Source of the DNA: Candidatus Binatia bacterium
GTDB taxonomy: Bacteria > Desulfobacterota > Binatia > Bin18
NCBI GenBank assembly: GCA_963664395.2
Contig: OY761159.2
Span: forward strand, 2,560,001 to 2,624,000
DNA length: 64,000 bases
Direction: 5' to 3'
Numbering within the stretch: position 1 is the stretch's first letter; each line of letters starts with the position of its first letter. Below are positions 1 to 9,668 of the stretch, in pieces. The position numbers were made by a program, and so were the translations under genes. The notes beneath the pieces are model-generated. The model made no database searches and was not told where the DNA came from. It saw only the letters and a list, made by a program, of their open reading frames with translations.

Positions 1-129
1 AATCGGCGCGTCATCAACTGCCGCCACAATACGGTTAATGACCTCCGCCTGACTTGCGGTCGGCCCCATCCACACGGCAGAGACAAGAAAGCAGACCAGT
101 ATGCGGTTGCTGTGGGTCCTTTTCATCAT
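1..129 (-). CDS. surA: SurA N-terminal domain periplasmic chaperone (5' part, runs off window)
   Basis: Manual translation MMKRTHSNRILVCFLVSAVWMGPTASQAEVINRIVAAVDDAPI: signal peptide plus SurA-type 'VINRIVAxV'; directly downstream of mfd. Confidence 0.7.
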   Translation of the reverse strand, partial: MMKRTHSNRILVCFLVSAVWMGPTASQAEVINRIVAAVDDAPI

Positions 130-139
130 GCTCCACCGG

Positions 140-3100
140 CTAACACGATTCGTCGAGGCTGTGCAAGAGACTCTTGACTGCCTCCATCACGTCTTCCTCC
201 GGCGCAAGTGAAAACGAGACACGCAAGTCCGGGCTAACCTGTGCCCTACGGTCATTTTTCTGAATAAAGGACACGAGACGCTCGCCTTTTATGGGCGAGT
301 CAGTGTGGAAATGCAGGGTCACTTTCTCGCCCTTGCGGTAGACGGCTGTCACTAAATAGTGGCGCAGTACCCGGCGGAGGTCCATGACTTCGATAAAACG
401 AAGGACTAACTCGGGCAGGGTGCCAAAACGATCTTCCATTTCATAGGCCAGGTCTTCCAGGTCGCTGCGTTCTTTCACATTGGCCAGTTTTTTGTAGAAG
501 ACCAGGCGCTGGTTGACATCCGGGATATACGCCTCCGGCAAATATGCCGGCAGGCCAATATGAATTTCGGGTTCAATAACAACCTCAATCTCGCCCCCCC
601 GCAGCTCGCGCACCGTTTCTTCCAGCATGTGGGCGTAGAGTTCGTAGCCCACAGCCGCTACCCGCCCGGACTGTTCTTTGCCTAAGAGATTGCCCGCCCC
701 ACGAATCTCCAAATCGTGCGCCGCCAAACGGAACCCCCCACCGAGATCGTCCAGTTCCTGGAGGACTTCCAGACGACGCTGGGCGTCTCGGGTGAGCGCC
801 TGTTCACCAGGAATGAGTAAATAGGCATAGGCTCGCATAGCGGACCGTCCGACCCGACCGCGCAGTTGATACAGTTGGGCCAGACCAAAATATTCAGCCC
901 GGTTAATAATAATCGTGTTCGCGGTCGGGATATCGAGCCCGGACTCAATAATGGCCGAGCAGAGCAACACGTTCACCCGGTGGTGCATGAAGTCGAGCAT
1001 CACTGTTTCCAGCTCACGTTCCCTCATCTGGCCATGCGCAACCGCCAAGGCCGCTTCCGGCACCAGCGCCCGCAACCGGTCGGCCATTTTTTCAATGGTC
1101 TCAACCCGGTTATGGACAAAAAAGATCTGGCCGCCCCGGGAAAGTTCTTGCAGCATGGCTGAGCGGATGAGGTCTTCATCAAATCGAGCAACATAGGTCC
1201 GGATGGCCTGGCGATCCACGGGCGGCGTTTCAATCACGCTCAAGTCTCGCAGGCCCATCATCCCCATGTTGAGCGAACGCGGGATCGGCGTAGCCGACAG
1301 CGCCAGGACATCAACCTCATGGCGGAGTCGTTTGATTTTTTCTTTATGCGTCACCCCGAACCGATGTTCTTCGTCGATCACGACCAGTCCGAGCTCTTTG
1401 AACACAACGTCTCGTTGTAAGAGACGGTGGGTGCCAATGACGATGTCCACCGTGCCGGCGGCCAGGCCGCGGACCACGGCTTTGACTTCTTGGGCCGAGC
1501 GGAATCGATTCAGCAGTTCGACCCGGATGGGAGAGTCGGCAAAGCGCCGGCCAAAAGTCTCGGCGTGCTGTTGGGCGAGCACCGTTGTGGGTACGAGGAC
1601 AGCCGCCTGCTTCCCATTTTCAACCGCCAGATAGGCCGCCCGCAGCGCCACCTCGGTCTTGCCGTAGCCCACATCACCGCAGACGAGGCGATCCATGGGT
1701 TTGGGACTTTGCAGGTCGGCCTCCACGTCTTCTATTGCCGCCCGTTGGCCCGGCGTTTCTTCAAACGGAAAACGGGCCACAAACTCCTCGTAGTCGCTGG
1801 TGTAGGTGGCCAGCGCGGGCCGCTGGACGCTTTCCCGGACCGCATGAATTTCGAGCAGCTCGCGCGCCATTGCCTGAATGGCCTCGCGGGTCTTGCGCTT
1901 GACGCGCTCCCAGGTCTGGCCGCCCAGGCGGTCCAGGGCGGGTTCTTTGCTGTCCGCGCCGGCATACTTCTGGACCAGATTGATGCGCTCAACCGGCACA
2001 TACAATTTGTCGCCACCGGTATATTCGAGGTGGAGATAATCTCCTTCGGTATCGGCGACACTCAGGTGCTGGAGCCCGTGATACCGGGCGATGCCGTGGT
2101 CGGTGTGGACCACATAGTCGCCGGCGGCCAATTGGCTCAGACCGGTTAAATAGTCGGCAACCGGACGCGGTCGGGAACGCCGTCGGTGGCGGCGTTCGCC
2201 GAAAATCTCCTCTTCGGAAAGGAAGACCAGGCCATCGGCCGGCAAAGCAAAACCTTGGGACAAATGCCCGACCACAATCGCGATCTCAGGGCGCTGTGTC
2301 TCTTTCGCCTGCCACCCCGGTTGAATGGGGAGTTCCAGCTTGTAGCCGTGCAAGAGATGCTGGAGATGGCCTGCCTGGCGTTCACTCGAAACAGTCAGAT
2401 AGACCTGCCGCTGCTCATCTTGCCAGTGCCGGATACGCTCGACGAGGGACGCCAGGCTTTTTTCTGCGCCGGTTTCCGCGGACGTGTGACTTTCGACTTT
2501 CCAACTCAGCCCGGTATGCAGCGTCGAAGTGACGGTGCAGTGGGCATCGACGCTTTCTAAACTACGCACCTCAACGGATAAGAAGGTCGCCCGCCCATCC
2601 AACGCCTGTGTGGCCGGCAGGTAATAGCGCGCGGGCGATGGAACAAATCGGCCGGCTTCACGGGCCGCGTCCACCCGGGGCTCAACCTGTGCCCAAAATG
2701 TCTCACTCGCTGTTTCCTGTTCAGCCGGGTCCATGGCCCACACGACAGTTCCCTGGGGCAGATACTCACCCAGGTGCTCTAAGTTGGGATAGAGATACGG
2801 TAAGAAGAATTCGACACCGGGAAAAGGCAGCCCGCTCTTGAGGTTCTCGATAATACGTTTCTGTTCCCGGTGAGGGATGTCTGCTGCATCCAACGCTTCT
2901 TCAATCGTACGCCATGCGGCTTGGAGACGCGCGACGGAAAAGAAGCGCATGGGTAAAAGCATGATCTCATCAGGGGTATCAAGCGCGGTGCCCGTCGACC
3001 GCTGCGAGGCCGGATCAAACGCGCGCATGGTCTCAATCGTGTCCCCAACGAACTCAATACGCAGCGGTTGTTGGGCGAGCGGCGGGAAGAGATCAACGAT

Positions 3101-3661
3101 CCCCCCACGGACACTGATCTCGCCTTTTTCTTCAACCAGCGGGACACGCCGGTAGCCCCACTGCAAGCAGTAGTCGACTAATGCCGACAGCGGGAGTTCA
3201 TCCCCGATGCGCAGCCGAAATGTTGCGGTGATGAACTCTTCTTGGGGTAAGAGCCGTTGGAGTAATGCCTGAGCCGAGGTGACGAGAATGGGCGTTGTGA
3301 CTGAGAGCACATCGTACAGTCCCTCGATCTGGGCGGCGACGACCTCACTATTTGGAGACAGCCCGTCGGCGACCGACACATCCCAGGCCGGGTAATAGCG
3401 CACGCGCCGGGCGAGGGGCTCTCCGGCAAAGAAGCGCAGGTCGGCGGCGAAGGTCTCGGCCTGTTTATCAGACGGCAATACACACAGCGTTGGTTGGGGG
3501 GTGTGTTGCAGATTACGAGCCACAAAAAACGCCCGTGCCGCCCCCTTGAGTCCTGCCAGTCGGATGACATGTTGCGCCGGCTCGGAAGAAACGAACCGGG
3601 CGGTTGTCTCAAGGGCAACCGAGAGGGGCTGGGGAGAAGTGCGAGAGAGACCTACATCCAT
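140..3661 (-). CDS. mfd: Transcription-repair coupling factor
   Basis: UvrB-like N-terminus, RID (VVHTDHGIARY), GDVGYGKT, DEEHRFG, QLRGRVGR, TRG motif; start at MDVGL is approximate. Confidence 0.97.
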   Translation of the reverse strand: MDVGLSRTSPQPLSVALETTARFVSSEPAQHVIRLAGLKGAARAFFVARNLQHTPQPTLCVLPSDKQAETFAADLRFFAGEPLARRVRYYPAWDVSVADGLSPNSEVVAAQIEGLYDVLSVTTPILVTSAQALLQRLLPQEEFITATFRLRIGDELPLSALVDYCLQWGYRRVPLVEEKGEISVRGGIVDLFPPLAQQPLRIEFVGDTIETMRAFDPASQRSTGTALDTPDEIMLLPMRFFSVARLQAAWRTIEEALDAADIPHREQKRIIENLKSGLPFPGVEFFLPYLYPNLEHLGEYLPQGTVVWAMDPAEQETASETFWAQVEPRVDAAREAGRFVPSPARYYLPATQALDGRATFLSVEVRSLESVDAHCTVTSTLHTGLSWKVESHTSAETGAEKSLASLVERIRHWQDEQRQVYLTVSSERQAGHLQHLLHGYKLELPIQPGWQAKETQRPEIAIVVGHLSQGFALPADGLVFLSEEEIFGERRHRRRSRPRPVADYLTGLSQLAAGDYVVHTDHGIARYHGLQHLSVADTEGDYLHLEYTGGDKLYVPVERINLVQKYAGADSKEPALDRLGGQTWERVKRKTREAIQAMARELLEIHAVRESVQRPALATYTSDYEEFVARFPFEETPGQRAAIEDVEADLQSPKPMDRLVCGDVGYGKTEVALRAAYLAVENGKQAAVLVPTTVLAQQHAETFGRRFADSPIRVELLNRFRSAQEVKAVVRGLAAGTVDIVIGTHRLLQRDVVFKELGLVVIDEEHRFGVTHKEKIKRLRHEVDVLALSATPIPRSLNMGMMGLRDLSVIETPPVDRQAIRTYVARFDEDLIRSAMLQELSRGGQIFFVHNRVETIEKMADRLRALVPEAALAVAHGQMRERELETVMLDFMHHRVNVLLCSAIIESGLDIPTANTIIINRAEYFGLAQLYQLRGRVGRSAMRAYAYLLIPGEQALTRDAQRRLEVLQELDDLGGGFRLAAHDLEIRGAGNLLGKEQSGRVAAVGYELYAHMLEETVRELRGGEIEVVIEPEIHIGLPAYLPEAYIPDVNQRLVFYKKLANVKERSDLEDLAYEMEDRFGTLPELVLRFIEVMDLRRVLRHYLVTAVYRKGEKVTLHFHTDSPIKGERLVSFIQKNDRRAQVSPDLRVSFSLAPEEDVMEAVKSLLHSLDESC

Positions 3662-3683
3662 AGGCAGGGCGTGACAGGGGCTG

Positions 3684-4805
3684 TTACCGGCTGGCCTGCT
3701 GCGGAGCAGCGACAATACCGAACAGGGGAATGGTGAGCTGTTTTTCTTCAGGATGGTCGGTCATCACCTCAATGCTGCCGCGAATCTTTCCCGGCGCACT
3801 GTCAGCGGTGACATGCAAACGCAGCTGAAACTCTTTCCCCGGCGTGACCTCAGCAATCTCGGGTATAACCGTGTCGAGCGAGCTCTGTACCCGTATAATG
3901 CTGAGAGGCTGAGCGGAGCGGTTTTTGATGCGAATAGTCTGCGTCTTGCCGACTCCGTGGCGAACGACCCCAAACGAGACCTGGGGCGGTAAGACGATGA
4001 CATCGCCTTCGATACTTCCAAAAATCGGAATGGTAATGGTCGGCTTCTGCGGGCTCGTCGTGGTAATCGTAATGGTATCATCGAGACGGCCAAGGGCCGC
4101 GGTTTTGGAGACACTCACCTGAAGCGTCTTTCCCTGTTTGCCGTCGATCCGGACGTCTTCAGTTTGGACGCTGATTGCAGGGTTGGCATGGGTGATGTGC
4201 GTGATTTCAAAGGGTTTGTTTTGATCGTACAGGATAGTGACCGTGCGGCTGGTCGGTACGCCGCGTTGGAGCCGCCCCATATACACCTGGGCGGGTTGAA
4301 CCTGCACCTCGGTGGTAATCTCTCCCTGTATCGTCAGTGTCGTGACCGGGCTGAGCGGATCATTGGTGTGGACGCGAATACTTTTGGCCTTTTGGCCGGC
4401 AAACCGTTTTGTGTCGAACGTGGCCTGAATGGTCCCCGCCTCGCCGGGTGGGATGGTGCTCGACGCACTCACCGCGGCAGTACAGCCGCAGGACGTTTTG
4501 ACGGACTGCACCTGCAGGGCCTGGTTGCCCTGATTGGTAAACTGAAAAGCATGCGTCACCTTTTCTCCCTGTTCAACCTGCCCAAAGTCGAACACGGGCG
4601 CGTCAAAGTGCAGTCGAGGTCCGATAAAGACCACCGTGTCCGGGGCGGCGCTGATTGCCGCTTCGCCCTCCGACTGTTCGGTCGGAGGCGTCGCGGACTC
4701 GGCGGGCGCACCGGGCGCACCGGGCGCATCTGGCACGATACTGAGAGACGCAATAGAGAGGAGGGCCGTAAGCGCCATAAGGGTAGTGTGAGTCCTGAAA
4801 CGCAT
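3684..4805 (-). CDS. Secreted DUF1573 / Ig-like repeat protein
   Basis: Signal peptide, FDFG..F.FTN.G and TSCGCT motifs, repeated beta-sandwich units. Confidence 0.8.
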   Translation of the reverse strand: MRFRTHTTLMALTALLSIASLSIVPDAPGAPGAPAESATPPTEQSEGEAAISAAPDTVVFIGPRLHFDAPVFDFGQVEQGEKVTHAFQFTNQGNQALQVQSVKTSCGCTAAVSASSTIPPGEAGTIQATFDTKRFAGQKAKSIRVHTNDPLSPVTTLTIQGEITTEVQVQPAQVYMGRLQRGVPTSRTVTILYDQNKPFEITHITHANPAISVQTEDVRIDGKQGKTLQVSVSKTAALGRLDDTITITTTSPQKPTITIPIFGSIEGDVIVLPPQVSFGVVRHGVGKTQTIRIKNRSAQPLSIIRVQSSLDTVIPEIAEVTPGKEFQLRLHVTADSAPGKIRGSIEVMTDHPEEKQLTIPLFGIVAAPQQASR

Positions 4806-4807
4806 GG

Positions 4808-6220
4808 CTACACTTCCTGAGCGGGCAAGTCGGTTGGGTTGTCAGTGGTGCGGTGAGACGGGCGCGTAGCACCATTGTTTGAGCGGGCCAAGAATTTATC
4901 AAGATAACGCGTATGCACCTTGCCGGCCAAAAAATCCTGGTCCCGCAGGATTCTTTGATGCAACGGGATATTGGTTTTAATGCCTTCAATCCGGTATTCC
5001 GACAGGGCGGCGCGCATCCGTTGGACGGCCTCGGCGCGGGTCTGAGCGCTCACAATGACTTTTGCGATTAAAGAGTCATAGTGAATGGAAACGACACTGT
5101 TTTCCATCACACCGGCTTCCACCCGGACGCCAATCCCACCAGGGGGATGATACGCCCGAATCGTACCGGGTGAAGGCAACAGCGTGACAGGATCTTCAGC
5201 CACAATACGGCATTCTATGGCGTGGCCTGAAAAATCGACATCCTTCTGACGCCAGGCTAACGGCTCGCCCCCTGCCGAGCGAATGCCGGCTTGCACCACG
5301 TCAATGCCCGTCCGCATCTCTGTCACGGGGTGTTCCACTTGGACCCGGGTATTCATTTCAATAAAGTAGAAATGGCCCTGGGGGTCGAGCAGAAATTCAA
5401 TCGTCCCGACGTTGGTATAGCCGACCGCTCGGGCGGCCTTGACGGCCACGGCTCCCATCCGTTCGCGCAGGCGTTTGGTCAGGGCTGGCGCGGGCGCTTC
5501 CTCAATGAGTTTTTGATACCGACGCTGGATCGAACACTCACGTTCCCCAAGATGAATGACGTTGCGGTGTTGATCGCCGACTATTTGAAATTCAATATGG
5601 CGGGCGCGCTCCAGATATTTCTCTACATACAGCGTCCCATTCCCAAAGGCGCGTTCTCCCTCTTCTCGGGCAACGGCAAACAGGGGCGAGAGCTCAGCGT
5701 GATTCTGGGCAACCCGCAGGCCGCGCCCGCCGCCGCCGCCCGCGGCTTTAATCAGAATGGGGAAGCCGACCTGAGCCGCAACCGCCTGGGCCTCTTTGAC
5801 ATCCGTGATCCCGGACGAGGTACCGGATAGAACCGGTACACCCGCGCGCTCCATAATCCGCCGCGCGCGCGGTTTGTCTCCCATCAGACGGATATTACGG
5901 ACGCGTGGACCAATAAAGGTCAGGCCCGAACGTTGACACGCCTCGGCAAAATCGCCGTTCTCAGAGAGAAAACCATAGCCCGGATGAACCGCATCGGCCC
6001 CAAAGGCAATCGCGGCACTGACAATTGCGGGAATATTGAGATAACTTTCGAGCGGACTCGGCGGCCCAATACACACGCTCTCATCAGCCAACCGGACATG
6101 CAGGGCGTCACGGTCGGCCGTCGAATACACGACAACTGCGGCAATCTCCATAGCGCGGCAGGCCCGAAGGATGCGGACCGCAATTTCACCGCGATTGGCA
6201 ATGAGTACTTTCTTAAACAC
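4808..6220 (-). CDS. accC: Acetyl-CoA carboxylase biotin carboxylase subunit
   Basis: KKVLIANRGEIA, HPGYGFLSEN, ERECSIQRR, EMNTRVQVEH. Confidence 0.97.
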   Translation of the reverse strand: MFKKVLIANRGEIAVRILRACRAMEIAAVVVYSTADRDALHVRLADESVCIGPPSPLESYLNIPAIVSAAIAFGADAVHPGYGFLSENGDFAEACQRSGLTFIGPRVRNIRLMGDKPRARRIMERAGVPVLSGTSSGITDVKEAQAVAAQVGFPILIKAAGGGGGRGLRVAQNHAELSPLFAVAREEGERAFGNGTLYVEKYLERARHIEFQIVGDQHRNVIHLGERECSIQRRYQKLIEEAPAPALTKRLRERMGAVAVKAARAVGYTNVGTIEFLLDPQGHFYFIEMNTRVQVEHPVTEMRTGIDVVQAGIRSAGGEPLAWRQKDVDFSGHAIECRIVAEDPVTLLPSPGTIRAYHPPGGIGVRVEAGVMENSVVSIHYDSLIAKVIVSAQTRAEAVQRMRAALSEYRIEGIKTNIPLHQRILRDQDFLAGKVHTRYLDKFLARSNNGATRPSHRTTDNPTDLPAQEV

Positions 6221-6230
6221 GTGACTGAGA

Positions 6231-6277
6231 TTTTTATGATTATGCAGAGTTTTTATGATTATGCAGAGTTTTTATGA
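6231..6277. repeat. 19-bp tandem repeat (TTTTTATGATTATGCAGAG x2.5) between accB and accC
   Basis: Units at 6231-6249 and 6250-6268, partial unit 6269-6277. Confidence 0.9.
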
Positions 6278-6295
6278 AGACCCAAATTGACAGAC

Positions 6296-6736
6296 CTAGC
6301 TGGGCTCAAGGAGAAACAGGGCTTGGCCATATTCGACCGGTTGGCCGTTCTCGACCAAAACCCGGCGTACCCGCCCACGCAGCTCAGCCTCGATTTCATT
6401 CATCATTTTCATGGCTTCAATGATGCACACCACATCGCCTGTTTCCACCATCCCCCCCACTGCGACAAAGGGGGAGGTGTCAGGGTTGGACGCACCGTAA
6501 AATGTCCCGACCATAGGCGAGGTGATGGTCAGGTTCGGGTCGATACCATCCTGTTCCGCGGCTTTCGTCGGAGGCAAGACCTGGGAGGGGGCAGGCTGAG
6601 GTTGAACAGTCGCCGGCCCGGAAGCCGAGCTACCACGAACCAAGCGGACCTCTCCCGTGCGATTTTTGAGCTCCAGCTCCGACACGCCCTTTTCTTCCAT
6701 CAGCTCGATGAGCTTCCTGATCTCGTCAATCTCCAT
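6296..6736 (-). CDS. accB: Biotin carboxyl carrier protein
   Basis: SPMVGTFY and biotinylation motif EAMKMMNE. Confidence 0.97.
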   Translation of the reverse strand: MEIDEIRKLIELMEEKGVSELELKNRTGEVRLVRGSSASGPATVQPQPAPSQVLPPTKAAEQDGIDPNLTITSPMVGTFYGASNPDTSPFVAVGGMVETGDVVCIIEAMKMMNEIEAELRGRVRRVLVENGQPVEYGQALFLLEPS

Positions 6737-6836
6737 GGTCGTTCTTTGTCCTTACTCGATGGTATACCGGCGGCTGCTCTCTATACCATGCCCCCTTCGT
6801 CGCACCGACATCGTCCTTGCGGGTCTGAGAGAGGGC

Positions 6837-7277
6837 TCACCTCTGTACGATTGCAACCGCCGCACGTAAGCCCAGCAGATAGCTGTCCGCGCCAAAGCCA
6901 CAAATCTGTCCGACCGCTGCCCGCGCGATATAGGAGTGGTGGCGAAACGCTTCGCGTGTATACAAATTCGAGAGATGCACCTCGATAGTCGGGAGTTCGG
7001 CAGATAAAATCGCGTCCAGCAGGGCAACACTCGTATGGGTGTAGGCTCCGGCATTGATCATGAGCGCATCACACTGCCCACGTGCCGCCTGGATTTTATC
7101 GACCAATTCCCCCTCGTGATTCGACTGGAAGGTCTCAACCTCAACGCCGAGCTCCTGGGCCAAGGCAGCAATCCGGGCGTTCACGTCAGCCAAGGTCGTG
7201 GTCCCATAAATTTCGGGCTCACGCAGACCCAGCATATTCAGGTTCGGACCGTGTAAGACAAGGATGCGTATCGACAT
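6837..7277 (-). CDS. aroQ: Type II 3-dehydroquinate dehydratase
   Basis: [37 protein letters not shown]. Confidence 0.97.
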   Translation of the reverse strand: MSIRILVLHGPNLNMLGLREPEIYGTTTLADVNARIAALAQELGVEVETFQSNHEGELVDKIQAARGQCDALMINAGAYTHTSVALLDAILSAELPTIEVHLSNLYTREAFRHHSYIARAAVGQICGFGADSYLLGLRAAVAIVQR

Positions 7278-7390
7278 AAAGAAGAGGTAAGTGTAGGGGC
7301 AAACAGTAATAGCGTCAAGGTATTGGCTCAAGGTGTGAGCGTGAGGTGGGCGGGCTTCCAGCCCGCAATAATCGCGGCCAGGAAACGGAA

Positions 7391-8266
7391 TCAGGCAGAA
7401 GTCCGGCGTAAGAAATCACCGACTCGCCCTTCCGCTTTGCGGATATCGTCTTCATACTTCAGCAACAGGTTGAGCGTCCGTTTGACTGCCGGCGCGTCCA
7501 ATTCCCGTATACCAAGCGCCAGCAGGGCGCGCGTCCAGTCCAATGTTTCTGCTATGCTCGGTGCTTTCTTGATATCGAGCTTGCGCAGACTGCCCACAAA
7601 GCGCGCAATCTGGCGTTGCAGTTGCCCGTCTACCCCCGGCACCTTCAGCGCGATAATCTGCGCTTCCAACTCAACGCCCGGAAAATCGATATAGAGGTGG
7701 AAGCAGCGCCGTTTGAGCGCTTCCGAGAGTTCTCTGACGCGGTTGGAGGTCAGAATCACCGCTGGCCGACGGATTGCTCGGACTGTTCCCAGCTCCGGGA
7801 TACTCACCTGAAAATCGCTCAGCACCTCAAGCAAAAAAGCCTCGAACTCTTCATCTGCTTTATCGATCTCATCGATTAACAGCACAACTTTGTGGGGCGT
7901 ACTGATTGCACGTAGCAAGGGCCGCTCAAGCAGATAGTCGCGAGAAAAGATATGCGCCGCGCTCTCTTCCCAGCCTAGGTCCTGGGCCGTATCCGTCTGG
8001 ATTCTGAGCAACTGTTTCTGATAATTCCACTCGTATAACGCGCGCGCCTCATCCAGCCCCTCGTAGCATTGCAGGCGGATGAGTTCGGTCTGGAGCAGCT
8101 CGGCCAAGACTTTGGCAATCTCGGTTTTCCCAACCCCGGCCGGTCCTTCGATGAGCAGCGGTTTTTCCAATACCAGGGAGAGGTAGAGCGCGGTCTCGAC
8201 TTTGGGAACAGTCAGGTAGTGGCACTGCCTGAGCCCGGCGTGAATAGCGTCAAGAGAAATCTCCAC
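7391..8266 (-). CDS. MoxR-family AAA+ ATPase (CoxD-like)
   Basis: [35 protein letters not shown]; GTG start overlaps the upstream TAG. Confidence 0.92.
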   Translation of the reverse strand: MEISLDAIHAGLRQCHYLTVPKVETALYLSLVLEKPLLIEGPAGVGKTEIAKVLAELLQTELIRLQCYEGLDEARALYEWNYQKQLLRIQTDTAQDLGWEESAAHIFSRDYLLERPLLRAISTPHKVVLLIDEIDKADEEFEAFLLEVLSDFQVSIPELGTVRAIRRPAVILTSNRVRELSEALKRRCFHLYIDFPGVELEAQIIALKVPGVDGQLQRQIARFVGSLRKLDIKKAPSIAETLDWTRALLALGIRELDAPAVKRTLNLLLKYEDDIRKAEGRVGDFLRRTSA

Positions 8267-9000
8267 TAGACCTCGATCACCATGCCGTCGTGGGCGCACT
8301 CAAGGGTGACTTCGCCCAGCCGTTCAAGGACTTCCCGACCAATATGACTGAGCAGCAGGCGTTTACAGCCCAGGCGGTGCTGCTCCTGGGCGATCCTGGG
8401 ATAGCTGATATGGAACGAGGTCTCGGTCTGAAAATAACAGCACTCACAGATAAACAGGTCGGTCCCGTGAGAGTGCCGGACCAAGTCCTCATTCCAGCCG
8501 CAGTCGCCGGAATACAACAGCGCCCGGTCGGCGGTTTCGACCCGATAGCCAAACGAAATATCCCGCTCCTGGTGCGGCACGCGGAAGGGCAGGAACTGAA
8601 CGCCACAGAGGGTCGTCTTCTGTCCCGGCATCAGTTCCCGGAAGCGCATATCGAAACAGCACGGCCGTTTCGACAACTCACGGTACATGGTGGCGTGGAG
8701 GGTGCGGACGCGCTCTTCGGTCCCTGGCGGTCCAACTATGGTGAGTGGCCGGGAGCGCGGGTTTTCATATATATATTCGAGAAAGAGAAACGGCAGGCCG
8801 CCAAAATGGTCGCCGTGCAGATGGCTGATGGCCACAAAATCTATCCGTTCTGCTGAAATGCCAAGAGATTTGAGAGCGAGCAGCGTTGTCGTGCCACAAT
8901 CGAGCAGAAAGCAGGCTTCAGGGGCTTCGACCAGATAGCCACTGTGGCGTCGCCCGCCGTTACAGAACGCATCGCCCGCGCCAAGCACTGTTACCCGCAT
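8266..9000 (-). CDS. Metallo-beta-lactamase-fold hydrolase (RNase Z/ElaC-like)
   Basis: SHLHGDHFGG motif, YSGD, LSH. Confidence 0.9.
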   Translation of the reverse strand: MRVTVLGAGDAFCNGGRRHSGYLVEAPEACFLLDCGTTTLLALKSLGISAERIDFVAISHLHGDHFGGLPFLFLEYIYENPRSRPLTIVGPPGTEERVRTLHATMYRELSKRPCCFDMRFRELMPGQKTTLCGVQFLPFRVPHQERDISFGYRVETADRALLYSGDCGWNEDLVRHSHGTDLFICECCYFQTETSFHISYPRIAQEQHRLGCKRLLLSHIGREVLERLGEVTLECAHDGMVIEV

Positions 9001-9148
9001 ATCTTGCCTCGCACTGCCGAGAGCGGCCGTGTCCCAAAAGGAAAAACGGAGGGAACCTCCGTCTTTCCAGACTCTCCCTGCGAGCCGCTCTTGGCCTGAG
9101 TTCTACCGTGTTTGGTGTAGGCGGACAAGGGTTTGTATGACCCCAAGG

Positions 9149-9403
9149 CTAGGAAACCAGCCTGTCGTACTCGGCGTGTGTGCCGACCCATATCCAAGTG
9201 ATATCGCCGGCTTCTTCAATTCCTAACGCCCGATAATGCTCTCCAATGCGGACTGACCAGAGTTCGCCAATTTTTTTAAAGTGGAGCGAGGGATGCCGGG
9301 GATTGTTTTTGAGGAGTTGGTAGTTTCTATCTGCGAGAGCACGAACTGCTTGTGGCAAAGCGTGATAGCGTGCCCAAAATTTTGAGGACGCAAAATGTCT
9401 CAA
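9149..9403 (-). CDS. RelE/ParE-like toxin
   Basis: HPSLHFKKIG..WSVRIG.HYRALG..WIWVGTHAEYD pattern; overlaps the upstream antitoxin-like gene. Confidence 0.8.
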   Translation of the reverse strand: MRHFASSKFWARYHALPQAVRALADRNYQLLKNNPRHPSLHFKKIGELWSVRIGEHYRALGIEEAGDITWIWVGTHAEYDRLVS

Positions 9404-9600
9404 AGCTCGCGAGTCTTTCCCGCCTTGAGTTCCGCTCGCGCTTCGTTGATGAGGCGGTCCAGCTTTCCAGCCCGAAAGTCGGCCTCAATTTGTTTGTCCC
9501 AAAGCTGATGGTCAAGTTCGAGAAACCACGCCCGAAACCTCGCCAAGTCTTCTGACGAGAGTTGTAAGACCTGTTGCTCAAGTTGTTCCAATGCGCTCAT
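9400..9600 (-). CDS. Putative antitoxin partner (may start at 9642)
   Basis: WD.QIEAD..AGKLD.L..EA pattern typical of genes paired with this toxin family. Confidence 0.7.
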   Translation of the reverse strand: MSALEQLEQQVLQLSSEDLARFRAWFLELDHQLWDKQIEADFRAGKLDRLINEARAELKAGKTREL

Positions 9601-9668
9601 ACCTTCATCCTCTTCTGGTTCAAGAATTACAGTATAGCGCATCTCCTCTCTCAACGTTTTGGGGAGAT

